64,000 nt of DNA. Origin: Octopus vulgaris. Its lineage: Eukaryota. This document shows, in pieces, positions 1 through 12,832 of this stretch. Both the position numbers and the translations under genes were made by a program. Under the pieces are notes generated by a model that ran no database searches, was not told where the DNA came from, and saw only the letters and a list, made by a program, of their open reading frames with translations. Numbering within the stretch: the first letter of the stretch is position 1; each line of letters opens with the position of its first letter. The DNA lies in assembly GCA_951406725.2 (NCBI GenBank), contig OX597830.1, positions 42,966,001 to 43,030,000 on the forward strand. Direction: 5' to 3'.

Positions 1-1253
1 GATACTATAACATTTTTGTTGTTGGTTAAAAATAGACTACTCTGGTTATTTATTATTTGTATCTCTGTCATTTAGGCATTCTTGATTTCCTGTTGATAAG
101 CACAGAATTAATGCTTTGTTGGTGTATGTGCCCTTGTATTATTCAGAGAATACTTTCAACTCTCATAATACTTATATGCTTCTTGCAGGAAGACTTATTC
201 TATGGTGGTTAGAAGATACTGTTAAAGAATTATGATGTGACATTCAAAACCTCTTTGGATCAATATTAAGATATTTTTCTCTCTTTGTTTTACACTTGCT
301 AGGTTTAGAGGAAAGAGTAGTGCCCATGGCATTTACAAGCCTCCCAAGACTGGTAAAATTGATGACAGTAATGCTTTGTTTAAACTGTTGCAAGTTGAGA
401 CCTGAAAGAAAAACATGAGCAGGAAAGAGACCCCAGGGATTGATTGTCTGGAGAGGAAGACTTAGGCTCAGTGGTTGGTGTGGGGCCTGGGTCACAACAA
501 AAGTGATGAAAGGGAAGACAAGTGGGTCATGAGTGTATTAAAGGAGAAATCATAAGACTAGCTAATTCCAATGAATGGAGACCCTTATAGTAGAGATAGA
601 AAGAACAGAGATGAGGCAGCATACCTGTAGGCAAGATGCTGAATTGTGTTTATTAGAGTTGTAATATAAGTCAGTTGGGTGGTCTTTCCCTGGATGAAAT
701 CTATGATATTTGTATGTGCAGCAGTACCTCAAAAGTAGGAACAATACTACATTGTGGGTCTCATTTGAATTTTATGGTTGTTGACAGCTCAAATTTTTGT
801 CACTGTAAAGATGGATCTGTCTTTGGGATGCAGTCACAGCTATGTTAAAGATGTGCTTTTGCCAGGAGAGATCCTTGATGATAGTGTAGCCTGACATTTG
901 GAGTAACTATGAGAGCTGTGACTGAGTGCTGTTCATGCTTAAGGGGGCTATATTTTCTTGATGTAACAAGAGACCACTCAACCACTTGATTGTCTACCAA
1001 CCAGGTAAATACACAAACCAATTAGATTTCAATCACCTGTATAGTTGTACTTAGCTAACTTGAAGCAATGAGTTGTAGCTGTGTGAGTGATGCAAAAGGA
1101 AGAAAATGTCTAAAGGAATAATTTTGGTCACATTCTAAACTGTTACAAGTGGTTTTCCTATTTCAATTGTATATTATATATTTTGAAAATTAAGCATAAA
1201 ATATGTAATTCTGTGACTAATTATTCAAGTAATTTATTCCAATTCTAATCCAG

Positions 1254-1353
1254 AAACCAGAAGTCAAGAATATGTCCATCATCTTTGAGCAAAGTGTTAT
1301 GCAGATGTGTGACATTCTATTGCACTCCTTTCATAAAGTTTTTGAACAATTTG
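1254..1353 (+). CDS. TRPM: TRPM-family channel exon, pre-S1 region (NQKSRICPSSLSKVLCRCVTFYCTPFIKFLNNL); earlier exons not identified in window
   Basis: ccag acceptor, ttg|gtatgt donor, phase 2->0. FYCTPFIKF matches the TRPM pre-S1 FYxAPxxKF motif and joins the 2237 exon in frame. An alternative acceptor at 1260 is possible. Confidence 0.75.
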
Positions 1354-2236
1354 GTATGTACCTTACTCACAAATATTTAAAATGTTTCCCTTTCAGAGTA
1401 AATTTTCCTTAAAAATTAATTTTAAGAGAGAAGAAAAGAATTACTCTTTTAAAACAAATTTTACTAAACAAAGATGATGAATGTAATCCATTATTTGGTT
1501 TGACCCAACCACAGGCTTCCTGATTTTTTTCTTTCACACTTTTACTGCCCTTATTCTTGTGCAAATCACATTTGAAATAAAACAAAGAAAAACTAGGTGG
1601 AGCAGGCAATACTTAAAAACTGATTAATATTTTGGGAATATATTTTAGTTAATAAACATCAGTAGAAAGTTAGCATATTCAAAGAAGCTAATTTGTGTTT
1701 AATATTTATTGATAGAATTAGTAGAGTAACAGGCAAAAAAACCTTATCACAATTCTGTTTTTGAGTTCAAATCACACTAAACTTGAATTTGCTTTTTATT
1801 CTTCTGAGATCAGTAAAATAAAATACCAGTCAAATGCTGGTATTGATTTAAAATGACTATACCCTTCCTGAGAATTTTAATCCTTGTACATGTGTAGACT
1901 TGAGAATGCACATATGTAAATATACACAAGCATCTATATATACTCATACACATACATGCAAAAGTGCCCCTACACATGCACATACACACAGACATCCATA
2001 TTTATACATACATATGCAAAACATAGATTTTATCAATTTTACTTACATCCTTTTAGTTCATTGTTTACACAGCAAAACCGGCAGATGTAAAAAGAATACA
2101 TGACAGAAGATATAAATGGGTTTCCATGATTTAATCTTCTCTCATGTGTCTCCTTTGTTTAAATGTAACTTTGAATTTGTCATTAAATACTTGTAACAAT
2201 AGATATAATTTTCTTCAAATTCTTTTTCTATTTCAG

Positions 2237-2365
2237 ATATTTTATGTAATTTTCCTTGTCATCTATAGCTATGTGTTACTTGTTGAACTTAAACCTCAGA
2301 TGTCTTATCTAGAATGGCTTCTTCTTGTGTGGGTGATTGGAATATTTACAGAAGAAATACACCAG
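2237..2365 (+). CDS. TRPM: TRPM exon, S1-S2 (IFYVIFLVIYSYVLLV...WVIGIFTEEIHQ)
   Basis: tttcag acceptor, cag|gtaaat donor, 129 nt, phase 0->0. EEIHQ matches the TRPM S2 EExRQ motif. Confidence 0.93.
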
Positions 2366-2523
2366 GTAAATACTGTCTCAAAATTATTTAATCAAATCCA
2401 AATTAGTCATTAATGGATGATGAATTTTTTGGTAGAAAACATGGGAAGTTAATAGTTAAGGATAGTCTGCTGGTAGCAGTCTAATTAAAATTTGAAAATG
2501 GTGAGATTTACAGATGAGATGTG

Positions 2524-2526
<3 letters not shown>

Positions 2527-2601
<75 letters not shown>
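2527..2601. repeat. (TA)n microsatellite
   Basis: Perfect dinucleotide run. Others at 9406-9450 (ATT), 16063-16140 (CA), 27061-27100 (TA) and 33300-33390 (CA). Confidence 0.95.
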
Positions 2602-2605
<4 letters not shown>

Positions 2606-2639
2606 CTTTATCTATATCTCATGTTACTTCATATTCTGG

Positions 2640-4420
2640 TTTCAAAGTTACATGCTTTGATGTCACAGAGGTTTTTAAGAACAATAAACTGAGCTAGCTA
2701 TTTCATTATCTTTCCAATTCTACTGTTGCTGATCCCCATGCTGATTGTCACAGTGATGGTCTTGAGGAGATGATCCTGTCTCCAGCAATAGCATCCTTCA
2801 CTCAGCACCTTGGAGCAGTTGCTTAAGATATGCTCGAAGGACACTGTCCTAGGACACAGGGGCCATGCAGGGTCTCCACTGAATTCCATTTTATTAAGGA
2901 GTTCTGGGGAGGACTTCATAGAAGCCTGGATCAAGAACTTGATCCCTTGTGGTTTTTGGTTTCAGATGTCCGTCTAGGAGATTTTCTGCTTGATTGCCTG
3001 TCCCCACTTCATCCAGACACCTTGTTCCATGTTAATACTACTCTATTTGTTCACTCTTTCTCTACTTTAATTTTCATGGTAATCCAAACTCGCCTGTGGC
3101 TCTCAACCAGCTTTCCAGGTTTGCCATGGTAGCTCTGTTGCTGGATAGTGTCCTTCAGACTGCAATTGAAGATAATCTCAAGACTTCTTATTGGTTTTTC
3201 AGTGAAAGACACAATCTGATCTTCTATCTTGGAGAAGAACACATTGGTGACTTTTCCTTTCTTCAAAACTACGTCCTAGGACTTTGCTATTTTGAAACTT
3301 ATCAGTTCTGATGCCTTGTACTTCTCTAGTTCCCTGAGGATCCAACTATAACCCTGCATTATTTTTGTCACTGTGAGATCAACCATGCAGCTGATGGATT
3401 GTTGCTTTACTCCTGTTTTGCTGAAGAAATTCCAGGCCTCCTGATGACTTGACTAGCATGTTCATTGCCAATGCAAAGACAAATATAGATTGTGCATCTG
3501 GAAACCCTCAATATGACCTTGCTGTTGTAGTCCCTGATAAGGTATTTTACCTTCTGAGGTACATAATGTCTTTCTAATGCCACTTCAACCAGCTTGTGTG
3601 GTATTGAGCCATAGGCATTGACCAGGTCCAGCCACAGAACATCTTTTTCCTGTTGTGTCTCCTTGATGAACTGTGTCACCACATCAATGTGTTCAAGGCA
3701 ACCAGGAAATCACTTAATACCACCCTGCCTCTTCTAAACAAAAAATTGGAGAGTCTATTGAAAACAATGAGGGAAAAAATCTTGCTCTCCTTGTTGAGAA
3801 AGGAGATGAGAAATTGGTCGATATTCTCAGCTCTTTTTTCTTTGACCATTTTATAATTTCTCCATGATTGGGCAACTTTTCCTCTCTTCCAAATCACCTA
3901 CAGGAACTCCTGAAGCCAATGACATAAATTTGGACAGTTCTTGTAAAACTTGTATGGGACTTCACTTGGACCTGAAGCTTAATTCCTTTCACAGGCAAGA
4001 CACTTCTCAAGTGAATTCCATTGTTGATTCTGGGGAAGGTATAACTTCCTTGCATGAGCCTAGTGATTGATCTCTCCCTGTTGCTGTAAACATTTATAAG
4101 GTGCTCATTAATGGTGTACTTGGAACAGATCAATTGATTAGTCTTCTTCTAGGGAGCTGCTTTGTCAATTTGTTGGGGGTTAGTCAGGAATGCAGTTTCC
4201 TTCTTTACCTTCTCTCTTTGTGTCCTTCTATAGCTCTCTGCTTTCATCAGTACTAAGAACCTCTTCCCGAAGACTGTCCAATGATATGCTAGTCCAGCTT
4301 TCTCAAACTTCCCTGCTGTATAATACTGCTTCATGAGAAGCTTACGTTCCTTCCTGAGGCTAGATTTTCATTGTCTGGTGTTTAGGGATATAGGCTGATG
4401 GTTGGGCCTTGTTGCAAAGT
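2640..4420 (-). mobile_element. Decayed non-LTR retrotransposon, HERO-like (RLE type); boundaries approximate
   Basis: Fragments WLDLVNAYGSIPHKLV (RT), FLNKESKIFSL and PLCPRTVSFEHILSNC..WRQDHLL (CCHC region), with many stops and frameshifts. Confidence 0.7.
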
Positions 4421-4608
4421 GTTTAACTGTGAAGTTCATTGTGATGGAGCTTATAGTCTCCTGTTGGTGTCCACATCTCCCCTGCTAATCCTTGTCAATA
4501 TATATCTATATGTGTACACACACACACACACACAAGCACACACATACACATATGTGTGTACAAGTACTCATCTGTGTTTTTTAACCTTGTTTTCTACTTT
4601 TATTTCAG

Positions 4609-4854
4609 CTATTAACAAGAAGTTCTATGTCACTTTGGATACGATTTACCAATTACATCAATGACTTTTGGAACATAGTTGATGTTATAACCATCAGCTT
4701 GTTCGTTTTTGGAGTCATTCTTCGCTTCTTGAAAATGATGGATGCTACTAGAGTGGTTCTCAATTTAAATTTGATTTCCTTCTTCATCCGTATTCTCTAT
4801 ATGCTTTCATCTCACAGACATCTTGGGCCAAAGCTTGTAATGATAAAAAAGATG
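4609..4854 (+). CDS. TRPM: TRPM exon, S3-S4 and linker (YINDFWNIVD...HRHLGPKLVMIKKM)
   Basis: tttcag acceptor, atg|gtaagt donor, 246 nt, phase 0->0. DxWNxxD and LGPKLxMI motifs. Confidence 0.95.
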
Positions 4855-5719
4855 GTAAGTTCTCAGGTTGAATATATTTGAAAAATCATGAAATAAGTTG
4901 TCTTTCAGTTTAAGTGAATTATGTAAATAGTAAAAAAAATAATTTTTTGATTTTATGTGTGTATTCCCTCCATTCTCTCGATTTCTGAGATGACTTAATA
5001 GCTAGAAATGATATATTTTAACTAGATCAGTGATCTAATATTTTATGATGTTGTATAATATAGTTTGTAAATATGGCTAAGAAAAATACTTCAGAGGATT
5101 GATCTACTGACTAAATACAAATATGAAAAGGTTTCACATATCTAATGCATTGAATTTTAAAAAGTTCATAAAACAGTAGAGAAAAAATCCTTCATTAAGG
5201 TAAAGTAGCTTAAAAACTAAATGAAAAATAATAAATTAACAAATAATAAAAATCAAGCAAAGAAAAGAACTCCAATAAGATCAGCTTATTAAAATTTTGG
5301 GGAAATACAGACAATTAATGATAGAATTTGAATAAGGATCTGGAATAAGCAACTACACCATACTGCCCCCTATTTCTTTGTTTTCTGTGGATCACTCAAG
5401 TGTTTGCTTGTAGGACTATGGACAGAGCACAAACAGAGTGAGATTCTCAGTGTATACTTCATATATATGATTTTATAGCAAATTATTTTATGAAATGAGA
5501 AATCTTCAGATCTATGGTGTTCTTTCTGTACAATGTGATCAAAACAGTTGGGTAAAGGTATTCTTTGAAATTGCTTAGTTTGACTTTCTCACCTGATTTT
5601 TCTCGGGTTCTTATAAACAATCAATAAGTAGGTCTGCTTACTGGAAGGTTAGGTCATTGAATAGCTCAAAGGACTACCTCAACTCTGAAGCCAACTCTGG
5701 TTATGGAGAAGAAGCAATG

Positions 5720-6014
5720 AGCAAATTTCATACCTGCGTATTTTCTGCTTTTTATTTAAATTGTGTGGTACCCATTTGTCGAGCTTTTTTCATTTTCTGT
5801 TTGCATGCAAATGGTTTCAGGCAATTTTCTTGTTAACTTGAAGTTATTTTGCCAGTTCTCGAGTTGTTTTATGTAGATCTTCTCAATGATGGTCTTTAAT
5901 TGACCACCATCGATGACAGATGGGTGTCCACTAAGTTCACGATCTTCAAGTCTCAAGTTGCCACTGCAAAATCGTTTAAACCATTTTCGAGCTGACCACA
6001 CACTGGTAATATCC
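5720..6014 (-). mobile_element. mariner transposase remnant, distal part
   Basis: SARKWFKRFCSGNLRLEDRELSGHPSVID HTH motif. Confidence 0.8.
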
Positions 6015-8674
6015 AGCCCAACCTTCCTTTTCAGGTGAAATGTGAAGATATTCACCAGTGCGAGGCTGGAAACGAAGCTGTCTGTCACACTACCTTTCAT
6101 TCTCGACTTTCATATCACCTCTCTCGCAGTGTTACAAAGGAGCTCTACTCATTCGGGATAAACTTACCAGACACGCCCATCCTGGGCCGTCGGTCTGTCC
6201 AAGATGCAGGCGGGATGTGGAAACCATCCTGCACGCTAGTGTCCGGGTGTGTCAGAAGTGTGGACTTATGCAGAACACCTGTTGTCAGATGGAAGAAGAG
6301 TACAGCTATCATCTGAGTCACTGGATTTCCTAACGGAAGAAAGTAAGAATTGTTTTCTCATAGACTTTTGGAAGCTATCCAGTGTCTTTGGCCCGAATGT
6401 TCTTCGGAACAGGCTGTCTAACTGATTATCATTGAGACCCAGGGTCCTCCCCAGAGCATCATCATTTCCAATCTCTACCAACCTACTATCGGAAGCTGCG
6501 TTGGTACCGAAACCGCTGGCGTTGCCCGAGTTGCGAAACTGGAGAAGAGACTTGCAGCATTCCGTATACCAGGTATCCAACCTCAATCTACGACGAAACC
6601 AGTTTTCTCTACCACCAAAACTAGTAAAGCTGGGGAACATCCATCTAGCGAGCGGAGACCACACCCGTTCACCATCCAGGTAGGGCCAGAGGTGCCTCAA
6701 CCTCAGCGCATGTTTGCGCATCAACAGCCAAAGCATCCCTAACCCACCCTTTAACGGCTTTTGACAGCAAATAGAACGTTTTACAAGTGGAGTGGACTTA
6801 TTCCACAAAAAGTGGAATATTAGTCTCTCCAACTTGCTCAATCATGAATCTGGACAAGGAATGACGGTCAGACAGTAAACGATGACCGATGCGATAAACA
6901 CATTGGCCAGCTCTGCCCTCCCCTTCAAGGATGGCCACCGCCAAGACCAGGTCTTCACTATGTGGGTCACCTTGCCCGATACCTTGAACCAGTTTTTTTT
7001 TTATCTGGAGATTTGGGCCAAACCAGATTCCTAGCAACTTAACCGGGCCCTCCATCCAGCGTCTCACAACGCTATTCGAAGGCATCGACTTGCTTCTCCA
7101 AGTGTTGAGTTGTAAGCTGATCGATTTTTCCCGGTTAATTTTTGCTCCTGCCACCGTCTCATAAACCTTGATGGTTTCGCCTACTTTCTGTAGGTGTTCC
7201 ATCTTAGTCATGATGATAGTGATGCCATCCGCGTACGCTGTAACCGATCCTCCACCTCTTGATTCGTTGGAATGCCACTCAGCTTTTGCAGCAATGACGC
7301 GAGGGCCATTATGTACAAAAGCTGAGAGAGTGGACACCCTTGGCGAACCTACCGCTTGATGCAGAACGGCTTTGAGAAAAAGTCGTTCACCTGAACGATC
7401 GAGGTGATGTTGTCGTACAACTGTATGATCCACCGGCGGAAACCAAGACCTAGTCCAAACTGCGCCAGCACAGAAACCAGGTAACGATGGTCTACCTTAC
7501 TGAATGCTTTAGATTGGTCTAAATAGACCAGTGTCCCGCCCTTGCCAGAATCATTACCATACCCTTCTACAGTGTAGCGTATAAAATGAAGATTATCCTG
7601 GATGGTTCTGCCAGGGACCGCACAGGTTTGTACCTCCTCGATCAGGCCATCCGCGACACGCGTCAATCTTTTTGCTAGCCCCTTGGCCAAGATCTTGATC
7701 TCTGTGTTTAGAAGAGTGATGGGCCTACAATTATCTATGCTATCCCCCTTGTCTGGGTCCTTCTTGGCCAGCGTCACAACTCCCTGGTGCACAGAACTGG
7801 GAATCCACCCATTCTGTTGCCAGTTTGCATAAACGCTAGCCAGTACGTGCCCAAACAAATCTGGCATACTTTTATATAGCTCGTACAGTAGATCATCGAG
7901 TCCCGGCGCCTTACCACTGCTGCAGTCCACTATAGCCTCAATCACCTCTTCAGGTGTGATCAACCCTTCACAGCTCTCCGCATCCTGCCCCGAGAGACAT
8001 GGTAGCCCGAAAAGCTGGACGAAGTGCTCCTTAAAAGCCCGACACATCTCGGCTTCGTTTATCAACTCACCTTATGAATTCATCAAAGGTCGAATTATGG
8101 AATCGTTTCCACGTTGAGCCTCCACAACACATGCTCATCCAGCGGCCTTGATTCCCTCACTCCACATTGCACGAAGTCTAGCTCTGAGATGCGTCGCCAG
8201 TTCTCATGGCTTCCTCTAGGACCTTAACTAATTCTATTTCCCTCCCACGCCCTCTAGCCACTAAACCTGCACTATATTTAATAGACTCAAATTTAATGGT
8301 TCTTTTGAGGGCGTACGACCATTTGTTGTTAATAATCAGTCTGACTCGAATTGAGTGCATAAACAGCAACCAGCCTGATTTCTTTACTACAACTGAACGC
8401 CAGATCTAAAACGACCAGCTTACCTTCTGGATCAGAAAAAATTAACTTTTTCTCTGAAACCCGATTTCTTTTAAGTAGGACCAACACCCCACACCTACCC
8501 CCTGGTCGACCTGGAGAAATGGATTTCTCGTAGCCTTTCAAGAAAGGGAGCAGATCTCTTGGCTCTTTTAACTGAGTTTCAGTAGCAACAACAACATCTG
8601 ACGTCATTTTGGAAATGTCCATGTTTCCAGCTCGATGCAATCCAATAAGCACCAAAAATAATAACCACAACTCA
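6015..8674 (-). mobile_element. Tx1/L1-clade LINE ORF2 pseudogene nested in the mariner
   Basis: APE remnants (VATETQL, IRLVAVYA), RT motifs (KAPGLD, RPITLLNTEIKILAK, AYADG), zf-RVT. Flanked by AATATCC direct repeats. Confidence 0.9.
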
Positions 8675-8830
8675 AATATCCTCACCAAAAATTTCAATGC
8701 TATCTCAAGTACTTTCAGCTGCTTTACATTCTTTTTTGAAGTTGAATAGCAAAATTGCTCGAATATCACGCTTTGACAGTTCCATTTCAGACGATTGTGA
8801 CAATGGCGAAAAAATATCAATGTTAATTTA
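8675..8830 (-). mobile_element. mariner transposase remnant, N-terminal part
   Basis: ATG at 8785 gives MELSKRDIRAILLFNFKKECKAAEST*DSIEIFGED, which continues at 6014. Confidence 0.75.
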
Positions 8831-8959
8831 TTGATGCGTTTGAGCACAGATCTTTATACCTGCAGGAACAGCTGGCTTTGTGGTGTTGTGTTGTATTGTG
8901 TGTGATTATGCTTTTAAAATTGGGGATGGAACGAAAACTTATTTTTAGGTTATGCCTGT

Positions 8960-9400
8960 TAAGGAGTTTTCTATATTTCTAATGTATGGAAAATGTTTAT
9001 AAGTGACAAGAAATATTTACTAGTATTGAATGTCACTTCAAGGGAGTAAGGAGGTGTAAACCAGATAATTTTCCTATGTCTATGTTTCCTTTTCTTTATT
9101 TCTGATCTAATGGTAGGGGTGTAAACTATTTCCTCTTTCAATCCACTAGCTTTGAGGGCATTTTTATATAGGGGCAGCATTATTAAATATGTTTATATTG
9201 GAGGAGAGGCCAGAAATTCTCCTACCAATATTCTTAACTAAATTCTTAATTACTATGGGGGTGTACATTATTTACATTTGACAGATATTTGTCCTCATCT
9301 TGTTTGTTGTTAACACGTTTCGGCTGATATAACCTCCAGCCTTCATCAGGTGTCTTGAGGAAATTTCGAACCTGGGTTCTCATTCCTAAGGTATTTTTCT
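8960..9400 (-). mobile_element. Penelope-like element fragment
   Basis: YKNALKASG..RHRKIIWFTPPYS..KYFLSLI resembles the PLE RT/GIY-YIG linker. Adjacent hammerhead core; the two parts may come from separate copies. Confidence 0.65.
9310..9356 (-). ncRNA. Hammerhead ribozyme-like core (degenerate)
   Basis: CTGATGA-a-ggctg..cagcc-GAAAC gtgtta on the minus strand. Stem I unclear. Confidence 0.45.
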
Positions 9401-9403
9401 ATG

Positions 9404-9452
<49 letters not shown>

Positions 9453-9453
<1 letters not shown>

Positions 9454-9606
9454 CAGGTCACTGCCTGGAATTGAACTTGGAATCTTAGGGTTAGTAACCT
9501 GCGCTCTTAACCACTACACTATATACCCATGGGCATATGGCATAGTGGTTAAGAGCGTGGGCTACTAACTGCAAGATTCTGAGTTCAATTGCAGGCGGTG
9601 ACCTGA
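9453..9606. repeat. Palindrome of a tRNA-derived head
   Basis: About 75-bp arms centred on cccatggg. The right arm has A-box tagtggtt and B-box gagttcaatt. Confidence 0.8.
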
Positions 9607-9625
9607 ACAACAACAACAGATATAT

Positions 9626-10130
9626 TTACCAAAATTTCATAAAAATATCTTGAAATATCAAAGAGTATTTCAACCAAGACCTCCAGTCAACTTCGGAATC
9701 TCCTGCAACAGTCTTTTTGTTTATGTTGGTGAATGCTACCATAATCCTTGCCTTCAGCACCTCTTTGGTGTAACAAAGAATTTTGTAGGTCTCTCGCTTA
9801 ACTGTGCTCCACACATAATAATCAATGGGGTCACAGTCTGAGGAGTTAGGTGACCAAATGCTATGGGTGATCTGGTCACAGAAATTGTCTGAGATCCATG
9901 ACTGGGTTCTCCTGCTTGTGTAGTATGGCACAGAGTCCTGTTGCCAGACACAGTGTCTTCCAACAGCCACCCTCGTGACTCAGGGCAGTACTATCTCCTC
10001 CAAGCAATGATGTAAGCCTCTGTGTTGAGTTCAAGGTCCATGGGAAGATGAATCAAGGCATTACTTTGCCATCACTAGTGATTGTTTCAAACACCATGTT
10101 GCTTGATTTTTATCACTCTTGGTACATGCA
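9626..10130 (-). mobile_element. maT (DD37D) transposase remnant
   Basis: WQQDS...WSPNSSDCDPIDYYVW, with 37 residues between the catalytic Asp residues. Confidence 0.75.
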
Positions 10131-11498
10131 CTGTCTTCAGATTGATACACAGACACTCTGAAATGTTTATAAATGAATGTCATTCATTTCCAATATTTTG
10201 AGGAAACTGCTTACTTTTGTGGTGACAGATATTAAGGCCAGACTCCTTGAATATGTGATCTAAATGTTTCCTCTATGTGGCAACTGTATACTTATATGTG
10301 TGATGCAAATCTCAACGGCCATTATCTCTGTGTAGTCCTTTATCCAAGGTTTTAAATTTCTATTTTCTTTTTTTGTCTGGGATGAATAATCCACTCAGCT
10401 CACAAAGGATAGAGCTGAAACATGTGAGCTGAATGCATTATTCATCAGGTGGGCCATTGCTGTTTTCAACCATATAGTGTTATTGTTGAAACTAGAGATT
10501 TCGTAGCATACATTATTATTTTGATACCATTGTCATTAATAGCTTTGTATTTGTTTCTGAATTACAATATCCTGGTGAGACTACTTCAAACAGATAGAGT
10601 TTATGCAATATCAGATATCTCGATGTTGTTGAACCACTCAAGTATAGCATTGGTATTATTATTTCAATGCTGCAAGTTGATGACTTTCCTGATTTTCTCC
10701 TTTATGGTATTTAGAATATGACCACTAGCTTACACCCAAACTTTGCTTCACAAGAAATATCAGTCTGTTTTTGTGACTTATTGTGAAATTTTCTTGTGGT
10801 CTTGTCTTTTAAGGTGATGTATCACCCTTGTTTGGTCAGTCATTTTATTTTATTATCTAATTTTAGTTTGGCTATAATAAATTTTAACTAACTTTTGACT
10901 TCATAGTAACTGAGAGATACAATTGTGCCATATTATAATTAGAATTCTAACTCTTGATAACTGTCTATTGAATATTGAAATACTAGAGATCCATGTTTCC
11001 ATATTTTATATGAGAAGAAATATCTCAAGAGTCAGTAGGTTATGCTTGCATATTATCAGAGATGCATTTCCTCTTTCTTAGTTCATCTTTTCAATTGTAA
11101 ATTTTTATTTACTAAAAGCTAATTCATTTATAATTTTATAAGTGTTTATTTAGTTAATAAGCTAAAGTATGAAATTAAAAACAAAATGGAGAGATCAGAG
11201 CAATTTTAAATTTGTTTTTTCTTTAGTATTGTGCACCAAGTATAGCCAAGTAACTTCACAAGAAAATTCACAAACTTAGTTTTGCTAAAATGTTTTTATA
11301 GAAAAAAAACTATCATAAAACCTGAGGTACTCCTTATTATAGCCACTACAAATAAATTAACCAAATTCTGATTAAACCTCACTTTCAAGGGAATACCTTT
11401 TAACTTCATACTTAATTATCTTCTAATATTAGCTGTATCCATTATATTAACAAATGATCAATTATTTCTACTTAACAACAAAATTATTTATCTTTCAG

Positions 11499-11673
11499 AT
11501 ACAAGACCTTGGATATTTTATCGTAATTCTGCTTGTTTTCATGATTGCTTTTGGCATTTCTACCCAATCAATTCTCTATCCAAGTACACCTGTCTCATAC
11601 GATTTATTTAAAGCCGTGTTTAGAAAGGCATATTTCCACATGTATGGAGAACTTTTTCTTGAAGAATATGAAG
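11499..11673 (+). CDS. TRPM: TRPM exon, S5, pore helix and selectivity filter (IQDLGYF...KAYFHMYGELFLEEYE)
   Basis: tttcag acceptor, g|gtaaac donor, 175 nt, phase 0->1. YxxMYGELFLEE is an invertebrate TRPM2-type filter. Confidence 0.95.
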
Positions 11674-12284
11674 GTAAACAAATTTTGATGTATTTTTCAC
11701 TTTCATTTGCTGATTTGACAAGTAAATGGATTACATCTATTTATAATGACAATATATTTTGTATGTTAGTGGAATGAATTAACAAAACTTTTGAACTTAG
11801 TTCTAAAAGTATTTAGTTTTTCATCTGTCTATGATCAATAACATAATGAGCTATATAAAGTGAAGTCACTCAACTATACAAAATTTATGTGAAAGCTATT
11901 CATGTGCCCCATCAAAGTTTAACATGTAATTTCTATTTTTGTTCATACTTTAAATAAAATAGTTGATACCACCCTATTGTAGTGTCATTGTTTTGTTCCA
12001 TTTGAGAAGAAGCCTGTTTTATTCTATATCTCCTGACTGCTGTTAAAGCAAGAACCAAAGGCAGATTGTCATAGTATTTCAAGAAAATATCTCATCCAGT
12101 ATTTGAAAAAGAATAATAGCAATAATGAGGGAATAATAATACTAATTTTCTGAATTAAAGAATTCATGCAAAAGTACAGTAGTTTGTTTAAATTTCACAA
12201 ACTGATCTTGTCAGAAGCTCAACCAGAGTAGCACTTGTTAAGTATATATTTAAGATTATATTTCAGTATTATTATAATTACAAG

Positions 12285-12682
12285 GGCAGTGAGTGGGTAG
12301 AATTGTTAGCACGTTTGGTAAAATGCTTTATGGCATTTCATCTGTCTTTGCATGCTGAGTTCAAATTCTTCTGAGTTTGATTTTGTGTTTCATCCTTTCA
12401 GTGTCAATAAAATAAGCAACAGTAGAAAGAACACTGGAGTCGATACTATTGATTAGCCTCTCCCTCAAAATTGCTGGCTTTGTGCCAAAACTTGCAACCA
12501 ATATTATCATAATTGTTAAATTGGCAAGTTGGCAGAATTGTTAGTATGCTAGGCAAAATGCATTTCATTTGTCTTTGCCTCCTGAGTTAAAATTCTGCTG
12601 AGATGTTCTTTGCCTTTTATCTTTTTGGGGTTGATAAATAAGTCTCCCAAATTGTTGGCTTTGTGTTAAAATTTACAACCAG
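12285..12682 (+). mobile_element. Two tandem decayed tRNA-derived SINE copies
   Basis: Repeated units ggcagaattgttag..gagttcaaattc..ataaaataag..ggctttgtg at about 12285 and 12522. Related copy at 56522-56660. Confidence 0.65.
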
Positions 12683-12726
12683 TATCATTATAATTGCTGA
12701 GACAAATTTCTTTTCTTTTCTTGCAG

Positions 12727-12832
12727 AAAATATCAAATCAAATCTTATTATGTACATAGCACCAATTCTGATGTGTTTATATATCTTGATAGTGCATATT
12801 TTGCTTCTAAATTTACTTATTGCTATGTTTAG
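12727..12832 (+). CDS. TRPM: TRPM exon, S6 (ENIKSNLIMYIAPILMCLYILIVHILLLNLLIAMFS)
   Basis: Long pyrimidine tract and ttgcag acceptor, ag|gtaaga donor, 106 nt, phase 1->2. LLLNLLIAMF S6 signature. Not in the ORF track. Confidence 0.95.

Noticed and set aside
300-1000. Possible upstream TRPM exons or LINE remnant
   Set aside because: No convincing splice-bounded open frame, and too decayed to classify. The same applies to 57600-58350 and 62000-64000.
9535-9606. tRNA gene
   Set aside because: A and B boxes are present but the acceptor stem does not close; it is a SINE-type head within a palindrome.
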